64,000 bases of DNA from Macrostomum lignano (Eukaryota), in contig NIVC01001914.1 of the NCBI GenBank assembly GCA_002269645.1, forward strand, positions 158,287 to 222,286. The letters run 5' to 3'. The position numbers and the translations under genes are program-made. Of the stretch, positions 37,201-50,189 are shown piece after piece. The notes under the pieces are model-generated. The model was not told where the DNA came from. It searched no databases and saw only the letters and a program-made list of their open reading frames with translations. The stretch's first letter is position 1, and every line of letters starts with the position of its first letter.

Positions 37201-40200
37201 ACAGCTTGTTAACAGTTGAACTGCTCCAGTTTGTACACAACCGCTTAGCGAATTTGACTGCTCCTCCTGCTACTGCTGCTAGTAGTAATACTAGCGTTAT
37301 CGATTCGGAATTGAAGCAGTATTTGTTGGATAATAAGCCCGAACTGGACGTGGCCTGCGCCGCTCTGCTAATGCTGCAAGCTTTCCTGGTTACCAGTGAG
37401 TCTGCTTACTGACAGTCTCCCTGCTCACCGCCAGTCTCTCCCTGCTCACCGACAGTCTCTCTGCTCACCGACAGTCTCGCTGCTCACCGCCAGTCTCTCC
37501 CTGCTCACCGACAGTCTCTCTGCTCACCGACAGTCTCGCTGCTCACCGCCAGTCTCTCCCTGCTCACCGCCAGTCTCTCCCTGCTCACCGCCAGTCTCTC
37601 CCTGCTCACCGCCACTCTCCCTGCTCACCGCCAGTCTCTCTGCTCACCGACAGTCTCCCTGCTCACCGCCAGTCTCTCCCTGCTCACCGCCAGTCTCTCC
37701 CTGCTCACCGCCAGTCTCTCCCTGCTCACCGCCAGTCTCTCCCTGCTCACCGCCAGTCTCCCTGCTCACCGCCAGTCTCCCTGCTCACCGCCAGTCTCCC
37801 TGCTCACCGACAGTCTCTCCCTGCTCACCGCCAGTCTCTCCCTGCTCACTGCCAGTCTCTCCCTGCTCACCGCCAGTCTCCCTGCTCACCGCCAGTCTCC
37901 CTGCTCACCGACAGTCTCTCCCTGCTCACCGCCAGTCTCTCCCTGCTCACTGCCAGTCTCCCTGCTCACCGACAGTCTCTCCCTGCTCACCGCCAGTCTC
38001 TCCCTGCTCACCGCCAGTCTCTCCCTGCTCACCGCCAGTCTCCCTGCTCACCGCCACTCCCCCTGCTCACCGACAGTCTCTCCCTGCTCACCGCCAGTCT
38101 CTCCCTGCTCACTGCCAGTCTCCCTGCTCACCGACAGTCTCTCCCTGCTCACCGCCAGTCTCTCCCTGCTCACCGACAGTCTCCCTGCTCACCGCCAGTC
38201 TCTCCCTGCTCACCGCCAGTCTCCCTGCTCACCACCACTCTCCCTGCTCACCGACAGTCTCTCCCTGCTCACCGCCAGTCTCCCTGCTCACCGACAGTCT
38301 CTCCCTGCTCACCGCCAGTCTCTCCCTGCTCACTGCCAGTCTCCCTGCTCACCGACAGTCTCTCCCTGCTCACCGCCAGTCTCCCTGCTCACCGCCAGTC
38401 TCCCTGCTCACCGACAGTCTCTCCCTGCTCACCGCCAGTCTCTCCCTGCTCACTGCCAGTCTCCCTGCTCGCCGACAGTCTCTCCTTGCTCACCGCCAGT
38501 CTCTCCCTGCTCACCGCCAGTCTCCCTGCTCACCGCCAGTCTCTCCCTGCTCACCGCCAGTCTCCCTGCTCACCGCCACTCCCCCTGCTCACCGACAGTC
38601 TCTCCCTGCTCACCGCCAGTCTCTCCCTGCTCACTGCCAGTCTCCCTGCTCACCGACAGTCTCTCCCTGCTCACCGCCAGTCTCCCTGCTCACCGACAGT
38701 CTCTCCCTGCTCACCGCCAGTCTCTCCCTGCTCACCACCTGTCTCTCCCTTTCTTTCTATCCCTCTCGCACACCAGCCGTCTCCCATGGCAACTCTAAAG
38801 TAGAACAGAACAAAGCAAACCAAAACTTCTCCAGGCGATGATCGGCCAGGCCTGGTATTGCAGATCTGCAGTCTCACCAGCGACACGGAGCAGATAAGCC
38901 TAACAGACTGCCTGATCCGCGCCGAGTCCTGGCTGCCAATGTCCGATAGCGGGCCTCTTCGCGAACTGGCCAGTCTGAGCCTGTTGCTGCTGGACAATTA
39001 TTTCCTACCGCCCGGCCGGGTGTCCTCTTGGGACGCCGCCGCGTCTCAGCGTGAACGATTGAACGCTATGCTGAGCGCCGAGACTTCCACCGAGGCGATG
39101 CACATCCTGCCGGATGGCTTGGAGGCCAGATCCGATGCGGCCAGTTTCGAATCGGTTCGGGCTACGTTTCCTGCAAAATCTGGCAAATGGTACTACGAAG
39201 TCACGCTGGTGACTGGCGGCATCATGCAGATTGGTTGGGCCTCCGGCGCCACCGTGTTCCTAAGCCACGAGGGTATCGGCGTTGGCGATGACGCACTGAG
39301 TCTGGGCATCGACGGCTGCCGAATGTGCATCTGGACTAATGGCAGGCCGTCTCAGGTGAGGCGCTTCTTCAATCCCATTTCTGCTGAATTGTAACCCCAT
39401 TCCAGCTGCATTCCAATCCCATCACAGCTGGATTCCAATCCCATTCCAGCTGCATTCCAATCCCATTCCAGTTGGATTCCAATCCCATTCCAACTATATT
39501 CCAATCCCATTCCAGCTGCATTCCAATCCCATTCCAGCTGCATTCCAATCCCATTCCAGCTGCATTCCAATCCCATTCCAACTATATTCCAATCCCATTC
39601 CAGCTGCATTCCAATCCCATTCCAGCTGCATTCCAATCCCATTCCAACTATATTCCAATCCCATTCCAGTTGCATTCCAATCCCATTCCAGTTGCATTCT
39701 AATCCTATTCCAGCTGCATTCCAATCCCATTCCAGCTGCATTCCAATCCCATTCCAACTATATTCCAATCCCATTCCAGCTGCATTCCAATCCCATTCCA
39801 GCTGCATTCCAATCCCATTCCAACTATATTCCAATCCCATTCCAGTTGCATTCCAATCCCATTCCAGTTGCATTCTAATCCTATTCCAGCTGCATTCCAA
39901 TCCCATTCCAGCTGCATTCCAATCCCATTCCAACTATATTCCAATCCCATTCCAGCTGCATTCCAATCCCATTCCAGCTGCATTCCAATCCCATTCCAAC
40001 TATATTCCAATCCCATTCCAGTTGCATTCCAATCCCATTCCAGTTGCATTCTAATCCTATTCCAGCTGCATTCCAATCCCATTCCAGTTGCATTCCAATC
40101 CCATTCCAGTTGCATTCCAATCCCATTCCAGTTGCATTCTAATCCTATTCCAGCTGCATTCCAATCCCATTCCAGTTGCATTCTAATCCCATTCCAGCTG

Positions 40201-41085
40201 CATTCCAATCCTATTCCAGCTGCATTCCAATCCCATTTCAGTTGCATTCTAATCCCATTCCAGCTGCATTCCAATCTCATTCCGATTGCATTCCAATCCC
40301 ATTCCGGTTGAATTCCAATCCCATTCCAATCCCATTCCAGTTGCATTCCAATCCCATTCCAGCTGGATTCCAATCCTTTTCCGGCTGGATTCCAATCCCA
40401 TTGCAATCCAATTCCAATCCAATTCCAATTCCATTCCAATCCAATTCCAATCCTATTCCAACCCAATGCAACCCAACTCCAGCTCGGCTATAACTGGCGA
40501 CGCTGGAAACCAGGCGACACGGTGGGCTGTCTGCTGGACTTCACCAGCGGCTCCGCCAAGTTCAGCCTGAACGGCAAATGGTCCGCCGAGACTCACAAAG
40601 CATTCCTTCAGCAGCAGCAGCGGCAGCATGCTGAGCCCCAGTCCGACCTGGCCATCTACCCGGCCGCCAGCCTCATGTCCAATCAGCAGTGCCGTTTCAA
40701 TTTCGGCAGCCGGCCGTTTCGCTATCCGCCGCCCGAAGGCGTGTCGGACACGATGGACAGCGCCGGCCAGCTGCCCGCCGACTCGCTGGCTCGCCAAATC
40801 CTGCCCTGGACGGCGGCGGTGCGGCACCGTCGGGAACGTCTGATGCGCCAGGACTTCAGCGGCCTGTGCCACATCTGCGCCGATTTGCCGGCTACGACCC
40901 GGCTGAAGCCGTGCGGCCACTCTGGACTGTGCGTCCGGTGTCCGGGAATGCTGGCCGAGTGCCCGTTCTGTCGGGCTGGCATTGAGAGCTGCGAATTAGT
41001 TGACGGCGACAGCGGCGAGGAGGGCAACGAAGCGAAGACCGGATCGGCGATGTGTCGCTGCAAACTCGCCGATCAAGAGGTGTGA
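34265..41085 (+). CDS. RSPRY1: RING finger and SPRY domain-containing protein 1, ~631 aa; exons 34265-34539, 36163-36337, 37074-37395, 38835-39355, 40483-41085
   Basis: MGNSCI start; [24 protein letters not shown]; [46 protein letters not shown] (SPRY); [12 protein letters not shown]; [12 protein letters not shown]; [24 protein letters not shown] (RING). All junctions GT-AG and in frame (phases 2,0,1,0). Confidence 0.95.
34555..35275. repeat. 28-31-bp minisatellite GGGCCAGCCTCCCAGATCCTCAGTTGCT in RSPRY1 intron 1
   Basis: Directly visible; same family inverted at 52285-52855. Confidence 0.96.
35900..36090. repeat. Degenerate ~43-bp tandem repeat (GATACATATCGGCTGAT core) in RSPRY1 intron 1
   Basis: Core recurs ~5 times. 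Confidence 0.7.
36370..37000. repeat. 30-bp minisatellite AGGATATGGGATGAATAGGGGAAGAAAATC in RSPRY1 intron 2
   Basis: ~21 copies. Confidence 0.96.
37400..38745. repeat. 19-21-bp minisatellite CCCTGCTCACCG(C/A)CAGTCT(CT) in RSPRY1 intron 3
   Basis: ~65 copies, starting immediately after the donor site. Confidence 0.97.
39370..40470. repeat. 22-bp minisatellite TTCCAATCCCATTCCAG(C/T)TGCA in RSPRY1 intron 4
   Basis: ~50 copies with 176-bp higher-order blocks. Confidence 0.97.
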
Positions 41086-41094
41086 TGTATGTGT

Positions 41095-42775
41095 GATAGA
41101 CAGGCACTGAGACAGGCACTGAGACAGACACTGAGACAGACACTGAGACAGACACTGATACAGATACTGAGACAGACATAGACAGACACTGGGACAGACA
41201 CTGAGACAGACATAGACAGACACTGGGACAGACATAGACAGACACTGAGACAGACATAGACAGACACTGAGACAGACACTGAGACAGACACTGAGACAGA
41301 CACTGAGACAGACACTGAGACAGACACTGAGACAGACACTGAGACAGACACTGAGACAGGCACTGATTCAGGCACTGAGACAGACACTGAGACAGACACT
41401 GAGACAGACACTGAGACAGGCACTGATTCAGGCACTGAGACAGACACTGAGACAGACACTGAGAGACATAGACAGACACTGAGGCAGACACTGACAGACA
41501 CTGAGACAGACATAGACAGACACTGAGGCAGACATAGACAGACACTGAGGCATACACTGAGACAGACACTGAGACAGACACTGAGACAGACACTGAGACA
41601 GACACTGAGACAGACACTGAGACAGACACTGAGACAGACACTGAGACAGACACTGAGACAGACACTGAGACAGGCACTGATTCAGGCACTGAGACAGACA
41701 CTGAGACAGACACTGAGAGACATAGACAGACACTGAGGCAGACACTGACAGACACTGAGACAGACATAGACAGACACTGAGGCAGACATAGACAGACACT
41801 GAGGCATACACTGAGACAGACACTGAGACAGACACTGAGACAGACACTGAGACAGACACTGAGACAGACACTGAGACAGACACTGAGACAGACACTGAGA
41901 CAGACACTGAGACAGACACTGAGACAGACACTGAGACAGACATAGACAGACACTGAGACAGACACTGAGACAGACACTGAGACAGACACTGAGACAGACA
42001 CTGAGACAGACACTGAGACAGACACTGAGACAGACACTGAGACAGACACTGAGACAGGCACTGATTCAGGCACTGAGACAGACACTGAGACAGACACTGA
42101 GACAGACACTGAGACAGGCACTGATTCAGGCACTGAGACAGACACTGAGACAGACACTGAGAGACATAGACAGACACTGAGGCAGACACTGACAGACACT
42201 GAGGCAGACACTGACAGACACTGAGACAGACATAGACAGACACTGAGGCAGACATAGACAGACACTGAGGCATACACTGAGACAGACACTGAGACAGACA
42301 CTGAGACAGACACTGAGACAGACACTGAGACAGACACTGAGACAGACACTGAGACAGACACTGAGACAGACACTGAGACAGGCACTGATTCAGGCACTGA
42401 GACAGACACTGAGACAGACACTGAGAGACATAGACAGACACTGAGGCAGACACTGACAGACACTGAGACAGACATAGACAGACACTGAGGCAGACATAGA
42501 CAGACACTGAGGCATACACTGAGACAGACACTGAGACAGACACTGAGACAGACACTGAGACAGACACTGAGACAGACACTGAGACAGACACTGAGACAGA
42601 CACTGAGACAGACACTGAGACAGACACTGAGACAGACACTGAGACAGACACTGAGACAGACATAGACAGACACTGAGGCAGACACTGACAGACACTGAGA
42701 CAGACATAGACAGACACTGAGGCAGACATAGATAGACACTGAGGCATACACTGAGACAGACAGAGACAGACATAA
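41095..42775. repeat. 12-bp minisatellite GACAGACACTGA immediately after the RSPRY1 stop codon
   Basis: Directly visible; ~700-bp higher-order duplication. Confidence 0.97.
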
Positions 42776-43344
42776 CCCACCCTCGTTATTGGTAGTACCA
42801 AATTAATTTGTTGGATTTTCTATGTTCCTAAAAAGTGAAGTAGACATGTGCTTAGAATCATTTCATTAAACATTTTCTCTCTCTAAAGGTAATTAAACCG
42901 GATAAAATTTAACTGTTGCTTCAATCAAGCAAGTTAATAGTACTGCAAGTTAAATTTAAATCTATACCAAATCTACAAAACTGTAACGTCGCTTATTATA
43001 AAAAAAACTAGCGAACATAATTTCTCAATTGTATATTAAAGATGTTATTTGTTTGGCCTATTTTTGTAGATGTATATGCATATTCTGACAGAGAAGATCT
43101 TGTTTTTACTTTTTTGTTGCTGTGTAAAGATGTTACACCTCTGCAGTGTAGTTGTTATTATTGCCCATTCGCTCTCTTCCATATGTGACGCACTGATTGG
43201 AATAAAGTTATAGCCTTTTTTTCTGGAGTTTTTCATCGCAGCAAGGGGGTAACAATTGTAACTCAATTGTGACAATGAACTTCATATCCTGTTCGTAGCT
43301 GTTCTCTGCTTATTCCTCTATATTGTACTACTACGATTTCTAAT

Positions 43345-45325
43345 GGTTTCTCCGTATCTCCCTATTCCCTCCTCACCCTCCGTATCACCCTCTCCCCTCC
43401 TCACCCTGCGTATCTCCCTCTCCCCTCCTCACCCTCCGTATCTCCCTCTCCCCTCCTCACCCTCCGTATCTCCCTCTCCCCTCCTCACCCTCCGTATCTC
43501 CCTCTCCCCTCCTAACCCTCCGTATCACCCTCTCCCCTCCTCACCCTCCGTATCACCCTCTCCCCTCCTTACCCTCCGTATCACCCTCTCCCCTCCTCAC
43601 CCTCCATATCATCCTCTCCCCTCCTCACCCTCCGTATCACCCTCTCCCCTCCTCACCCTCCGTATCACCCTCTCCCCTCCTCACCCTCAGTATCTCCCTC
43701 TCCCCTCCTCACCCTCCGTATCTCCCTCTCCCCTCCTCACCCTCCGTATCACCCTCTCCCCTCCTAACCCTCCGTATCTCCCTCGTCCCTCCCAACCCTC
43801 CGTATCTCCCTCTCCCCTCCTCACCCTCAGTATCACCCTCTCCCCTCCTAACCCTCCGTATCTCCCTCTCCCCTCCTCACCCTGCGTATCTCCCTCTCCC
43901 CTCCTCACCTTCCGTATCACCCTCTCCCCTCCTCACCCTCCGTATCTCCCTCTCCCCTCCTCACCCTGCGTATCACCCTCTCGCCTCCTCACCCTCCGTA
44001 TCTCCCTCTCCCCTCCTCACCTTCCGTATCACCCTCTCCCCTCCTCACCCTCCGTATCTCCCTCTCCCCTCCTAACCCTCCGTATCACCCTCTCCCCTCC
44101 TCACCCTCCGTATCACCCTCTCCCCTCCTTACCCTCCGTATCACCCTCTCCCCTCCTCACCCTCCATATCATCCTCTCCCCTCCTCACCCTCCGTATCAC
44201 CCTCTCCCCTCCTCACCCTCCGTATCACCCTCTCCCCTCCTCACCCTCAGTATCTCCCTCTCCCCTCCTCACCCTCCGTATCTCCCTCTCCCCTCCTCAC
44301 CCTCCGTATCACCCTCTCCCCTCCTAACCCTCCGTATCTCCCTCGTCCCTCCCAACCCTCCGTATCTCCCTCTCCCCTCCTCACCCTCAGTATCACCCTC
44401 TCCCCTCCTAACCCTCCGTATCTCCCTCTCCCCTCCTCACCCTGCGTATCTCCCTCTCCCCTCCTCACCTTCCGTATCACCCTCTCCCCTCCTCACCCTC
44501 CGTATCTCCCTCTCCCCTCCTCACCCTGCGTATCACCCTCTCGCCTCCTCACCCTCCGTATCTCCCTCTCCCCTCCTCACCTTCCGTATCACCCTCTCCC
44601 CTCCTCACCCTCCGTATCTCCCTCTCCCCTCCTCACCCTCCGTATCTCCCTCTCCCCTCCTCACCCTCCGTATCACCCTCTCCCCTCCTCACCCTCCGTA
44701 TCACCCTCTCCCCTCCTCACCCTCAGTATCTCCCTCTCCCCTCCTCACCCTGCGTATCACCCTCTCCCCTCCTCACCCTCCGTATCTCCCTCTCCCCTCC
44801 TCACCTTCCGTATCACCCTCTCCCCTCCTCACCCTCCGTATCTCCCTCTCCCCTCCTCACCCTCCGTATCACCCTCTCCCCTCCTCACCCTCCGTATCTC
44901 CCTCTCCCCTCCTCACCCTGCGTATCACCCTCTCGCCTCCTCACCCTCCGTATCTCCCTCTCCCCTCCTCACCTTCCGTATCACCCTCTCCCTCCTCACC
45001 CTCCGTATCTCCCTCTCCCCTCCTCACCCTCCGTATCTCCCTCTCCCCTCCTCACCCTCCGTATCACCCTCTCCCCTCCTCACCCTCCGTATCACCCTCT
45101 CCCCTCCTCACCCTCAGTATCTCCCTCTCCCCTCCTCACCCTGCGTATCACCCTCTCCCCTCCTCACCCTCCGTATCTCCCTCTCCCCTCCTCACCTTCC
45201 GTATCACCCTCTCCCCTCCTCACCCTCCGTATCTCCCTCTCCCCTCCTCACCCTCCGTATCACCCTCTCCCCTCCTCACCCTCCGTATCTCCCTCTCCCC
45301 TCCTCACCCTGCGTATCACCCTCTC
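43345..45325. repeat. 28-bp pyrimidine-rich minisatellite CT/ACCCTCTCCCCTCCTCACCCTCCGTAT
   Basis: ~70 copies; 560-bp internal duplication. Confidence 0.97.
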
Positions 45326-45599
45326 CTGATACTATATTTTGAGTATCACTAACAGATTTCAGTATCTCAGTTATGCTATTAAAACAGGCAGAAAAATTAA
45401 TGCACTTAAATTGCTGCTTCAGTCGGTGTTTAAATTGTTATAAATATGCTAATTGTTCTCGTCTCTGTTGCCATGCGAAAGTCTCCGCCTAAATTTATTA
45501 AAAATTATAAATTTAAAGCACTATATTTATAGCGCACTTAGGATGCACCGCGCAAAATGTCTTCTGAATGATCGTTTTAATCGTCTCGCTTGCCTTGCT

Positions 45600-48500
45600 G
45601 GTCTGAATGGATTCCTTTTTCTAATCCCATGATACTAATTACTAATATCCTTTCTAATCCCTCAATTCCAAAATCCATAGTTCTGATTCCATAATCCTAA
45701 AATACTTGATTCTGATCCGCTAATCCTGGTTTCTGATTCCATAATTCTAAGATCCCCCAATTATGATCCCATAATCCCCAGCTCCCCGTTTCTGATCCCA
45801 TAATCCCCAGCTCCCCGTTTCTGATCCCATAATCCGAAGCTCCCCGTTTCTGATCCCATAATCCCAAGCTCCCCGTTTCTGATCCCATAATCCGAAGCTC
45901 CCCGTTTCTGATCCCATAATCCCAAGCTCCCCGTTTCTGATCCCATAATCCCCAGCTCCCCGTTTCTGATCCCATAATCCGAAGCTCCCCGTTTCTGATC
46001 CCATAATCCCCAGCTCCCCGTTTCTGATCCCATAATCCCAAGCTCCCCGTTTCTGATCCCAAAATCCGAAGCTCCCCGTTTCTGATCCCATAATCCCCAG
46101 CTCCCCGTTTCTGATCCCATAATCCGAAGTTCCCCGTTTCTGATCCCATAATCCCAAGCTCCCCGTTTCTGATCCCATAATCCGAAGTTCCCCGTTTCTG
46201 ATCCCATAATCCCCAGCTCCCCGTTTCTGATCCCATAATCCCCAGCTCCCCGTTTCTGATCCCATAATCCGAAGCTCCCCGTTTCTGATCCCATAATCCC
46301 CAGCTCCCCGTTTCTGATCCCATAATCCCCAGCTCCCCGTTTCTGATCCCATAATCCCCAGCTCCCCGTTTCTGATCCCATAATCCGAAGCTCCCCGTTT
46401 CTGATCCCATAATCCCCAGCTCCCCGTTTCTGATCCCATAATCCCCAGCTCCCCGTTTCTGATCCCATAATCCCCAGCTCCCCGTTTCTGATCCCATAAT
46501 CCCCAGCTCCCCGTTTCTGATCCCATAATCCGAAGCTCCCCGTTTCTGATCCCATAATCCCAAGCTCCCCGTTTCTGATCCCATAATCCTCAGCTCCCCG
46601 TTTCTGATCCCATAATCCGAAGTTCCCCGTTTCTGATCCCATAATCCCCAGCTCCCCATTTCTGATCCCATAATCCCAAGCTCCCCGTTTCTGATCCCAT
46701 AATCCCCAGCTCCCCGTTTCTGACCCCATAATCCCAAGCTCCCCGTTTCTGATCCCATAATCCCCAGCTCCCCGTTTCTGATCCCATAATCCGAAGTTCC
46801 CCGTTTCTGATCCCATAATCCCCAGCTCCCCGTTTCTGATCCCATAATCCCCAGCTCCCCGTTTCTGATCCCACAATCCCAAGCTCCCCGTTTCTGATCC
46901 CATAATCCCAAGCTCCCCGTTTCTGATCCCATAATCCCAAGCTCCCCGTTTCTGATCCCATAATCCGAAGTTTCCCGTTTCTGATCCCATAATCCCAAGC
47001 TCCCCGTTTCTGATCCCATAATCCGAAGCTCCCCGTTTCTGATCCCATAATCCCCAGCTCCCCGTTTCTGATCCCATAATCCGAAGCTCCCCGTTTCTGA
47101 TCCCATAATCCCCAGCTCCCCGTTTCTGATCCCATAATCCCCAGCTCCCCGTTTCTGATCCCATAATCCGAAGCTCCCCGTTTCTGACCCCATAATCCGA
47201 AGCTCCCCGTTTCTGATCCCATAATCCCAAGCTCCCCGTTTCTGATCCCATAATCCCCAGCTCCCCGTTTCTGATCCCATAATCCGAAGTTCCCCGTTTC
47301 TGATCCCATAATCCCCAGCTCCCCGTTTCTGATCCCATAATCCCCAGCTCCCCGTTTCTGATCCCACAATCCCAAGCTCCCCGTTTCTGATCCCATAATC
47401 CCAAGCTCCCCGTTTCTGATCCCATAATCCCAAGCTCCCCGTTTCTGATCCCATAATCCCCAGCTCCCCGTTTCTGATCCCATAATCCCAAGCTGCCCGT
47501 TTCTGATGTTATAATCCCAAGCTCCCCGTTTCTGATCCCATAATCCCAAGCTCCCCGTTTCTGATCCCATAATCCCAAGCTCCCCGTTTCTGATCCCATA
47601 ATCCCAAGCTCCCCGTTTCTGATCCCATAATCCCAAGCTCCCCGTTTCTGATCCCATATCCCCAGCTCCCCGTTTCTGATCCCATAATTCCAAGCTCCCC
47701 GTTTCTGATCCCATAATCCGAAGCTCCCCGTTTCTGATCCCATAATCCCCAGCTCCCCGTTTCTGATCCCATAATCCCCAGCTCCCCGTTTCTGATCCCA
47801 TAATCCCAAGCTCCCCGTTTCTGATCCCATAATCCCAAGCTCCCCGTTTCTGATCCCATAATCCGAAGCTCCCCGTTTCTGATCCCATAATCCCAAGCTC
47901 CCCGTTTCTGATCCCATAATCCTCAGCTCCCCGTTTCTGATCCCATAATCCGAAGTTCCCCGTTTCTGATCCCATAATCCCCAGCTCCCCGTTTCTGATC
48001 CCATAATCCCAAGCTCCCCGTTTCTGATCCCATAATCCCAAGCTCCCCGTTTCTGACCCCATAATCCGAAGCTCCCCGTTTCTGATCCCATAATCCGAAG
48101 TTCCCCGTTTCTGATCCCATAATCCCCAGCTCCCCGTTTCTGATCCCATAATCCCCAGCTCCCCGTTTCTGATCCCACAATCCCAAGCTCCCCGTTTTTG
48201 ATCCCATAATCCCAAGCTCCCCGTTTCTGATCCCATAATCCCAAGCTCCCCGTTTCTGATCCCATAATCCCCAGCTCCCCGTTTCTGATCCCATAATCCC
48301 AAGCTCCCCGTTTCTGATGTCATAATCCCAAGCTCCCCGTTTCTGATCCCATAATCCCAAGCTCCCCGTTTCTGATCCCATAATCCCAAGCTCCCCGTTT
48401 CTGATCCCATAATCCCCAGCTCCCCGTTTCTGATCCCATAATCCCCAGCTCCCCGTTTCTGATCCCATAATCCGAAGCTCCCCGTTTCTGATCCCATAAT

Positions 48501-48650
48501 CCCAAGCTCCCCGTTTCTGATCCCATAATCCTCAGCTCCCCGTTTCTGATCCCATAATCCGAAGTTCCCCGTTTCTGATCCCATAATCCCCAGCTCCCCA
48601 TTTCTGATCCCATAATCCCCAGCTCCCCGTTTCTGATCCCATAATCCCAA
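45600..48650. repeat. 29-bp minisatellite CCCATAATCC(CC/CA/GA)AGCTCCCCGTTTCTGAT
   Basis: ~100 copies, homogeneous 45765-48648, degenerate left edge. Confidence 0.98.
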
Positions 48651-48693
48651 ACGAATTTTATATTTTCGTCTCTGGATTTTCTTTTATTGATGA

Positions 48694-50189
48694 TTAGCAG
48701 ATACACCTGTAAAGTAAAAAAATAGTTTTAGAGATTCAGAATCACTCATTGCAGATTTGACTCAGCTGGTCAAAGTCTTCAAGACTGAGCAGCTTAGCAC
48801 TCAGTCCAAAGCAGGCCATCTCTCCATTCAGGCACTGGGCATCAACTGCGCCATAGCCCAACCTGAGGCATTGAAACACGGCCGTTGAGATATTAGCAGA
48901 GACTGTGTTAATTGTTGCTACGGGCGCCAAAGTTCCATTGTGATAGACGCTCTGGTGAACAGTCTGGTTGAAGGTGATGCCGGCTGATAGTCCACGCGGC
49001 AGGCCATCGCTGGGCAGGAAGCTGGCAGACAAGCCGAATGTGCCCTCGCCGTAGCCGCTGCTGGCCACCCAGCTGAATCCGTACACCAGGCCTGTCGACT
49101 TGATGAATGAGCTGCCCGGATTGGTGCCGTTGCACTCTTGGAACCGGCTGTAGTACCGGGTTCTACCAGGATTTCCAGGTGGAGGCGTACGGGGACTCCG
49201 ATTAGGCTGCTGCATTTGTGACTGCAAACTGGATTGCATAAAATCTGCTCACTCACCCCGTGTCCATGCCGTGATATACTTTGGTGAACACTGAATACTC
49301 CGTGCCAACCTGAAGGAACTTCTCAAATCCAGGTGTGTTAGTGCTCAGGTAGGAGCCCGTGTTGCCCTTGAAGTGAGCACCAGCTGCATCAATTGTCACG
49401 TCGTGAGCCCTGAGACAGGACAGTCTCGGGTTGACCTCATTCTTCAGACCGCTCCGAGAGAACTTGTAGAACAGCTTCAGCTTGAGCTGTTTCACCAGGG
49501 GCTCAGTAGACTCTGCAGTGAATTAAAAAACAATTGATTACAATGGGTAGATGTACAAACGACAGCTCAGCCGCAGCTATTGCGCAGTGCATCTAAAGAC
49601 TGTGTACGGTCTTTCAGTCCAAGGACTGGGGGGTCGCCACACACCCTCAATTACCCCAGCTAATGCTGACCCCATTTTACAGCTGGGTGAACTGAAGCAA
49701 TGCAGAGTTAAGTGTCTTGCTCCAGAACACAAGTCGTTCTAGTGGGATCGGGAATTATAATAAATTTCCTACAAACTAAATGATAGACTAAGAACGAAGT
49801 GGTCCTTGTACAGAATTGTCAAGACAGCAGCCACTGAGCCGCTCACCGCAGTCTCCGCACAGCACATCGGTGTACTTGTAAGAGTCGCAGTCGCCGTCAG
49901 TCCATTGCTCGAGTTGGGAACACGCGTCTCCATGGTAACACAGGCGGGTGGTGATGTCGAAGTGGAATGCGTTGCAGGTGGGCAGTCGGGAGCAGGCGGC
50001 GGCGCACTGCAGCTTGCTGGCCAGGCGGTGCGGCAGCGGAGAGGCGGCCGCGGTGGGGCAGCGTCGGGTCTTGACCGCTGCGAATTTCGGCAGCACCTTG
50101 GTTTCAGCTTCCCAGTCAGTCTTGCAAGCCAAGATGTTCAACAGTGTGGCAAGAATCCACCATCTTAATATAAGTGTTGCTAGTTCCAT
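48694..50189 (-). CDS. Secreted protein: signal peptide + PAN/apple domain + ConA-like/LamG domain; exons 50189-49847, 49512-49257, ~49228 (junction unresolved)-48746, 48706-48694
   Basis: Hydrophobic MELATLILRWWILATLLNILAC; LQCAAACSRLPTCNAFHFDITTRLC (PAN Cys pattern); C-terminal CLRLGY..LNGEMACFGLSAKLLSLEDFDQL (LamG-like end). 39-nt last intron 48745-48707 gives ..NECIC* followed at once by AATAAA. Exon 2/3 junction does not resolve cleanly. Confidence 0.65.
49530..49757 (-). mobile_element. 5'-truncated copy of the SINE, in intron 1 of the PAN gene
   Basis: Reverse complement shares GCAAGACAC..CTCTGCATTGCTTCAGTTCACCCAGCTGT(A/G)AAATGGG, GAGGGTGTGTG..CCCCAGT.CTTGGACTGA, GCTGAGCTGTC and TGTAATCAATT with 33770-34035; no tRNA head. 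Confidence 0.75.

Noticed and set aside
38671-41063. Antisense ORFs over RSPRY1 exons (38671-38997, 40453-40920, 40722-41063), and similar ones over other genes
   Set aside because: Shadow ORFs of GC-rich coding exons with no recognisable motifs.
37396-45352. 481-, 619-, 457- and 669-aa low-complexity ORFs (mucin/extensin-like)
   Set aside because: Each coincides exactly with an intronic or intergenic minisatellite.
45697-48650. Multiple 585-834-aa ORFs (MGSETGS...WDQKRG...YGIRNGE)
   Set aside because: The 29-bp unit is open in all three minus frames and the ORFs are interchangeable translations of the satellite.
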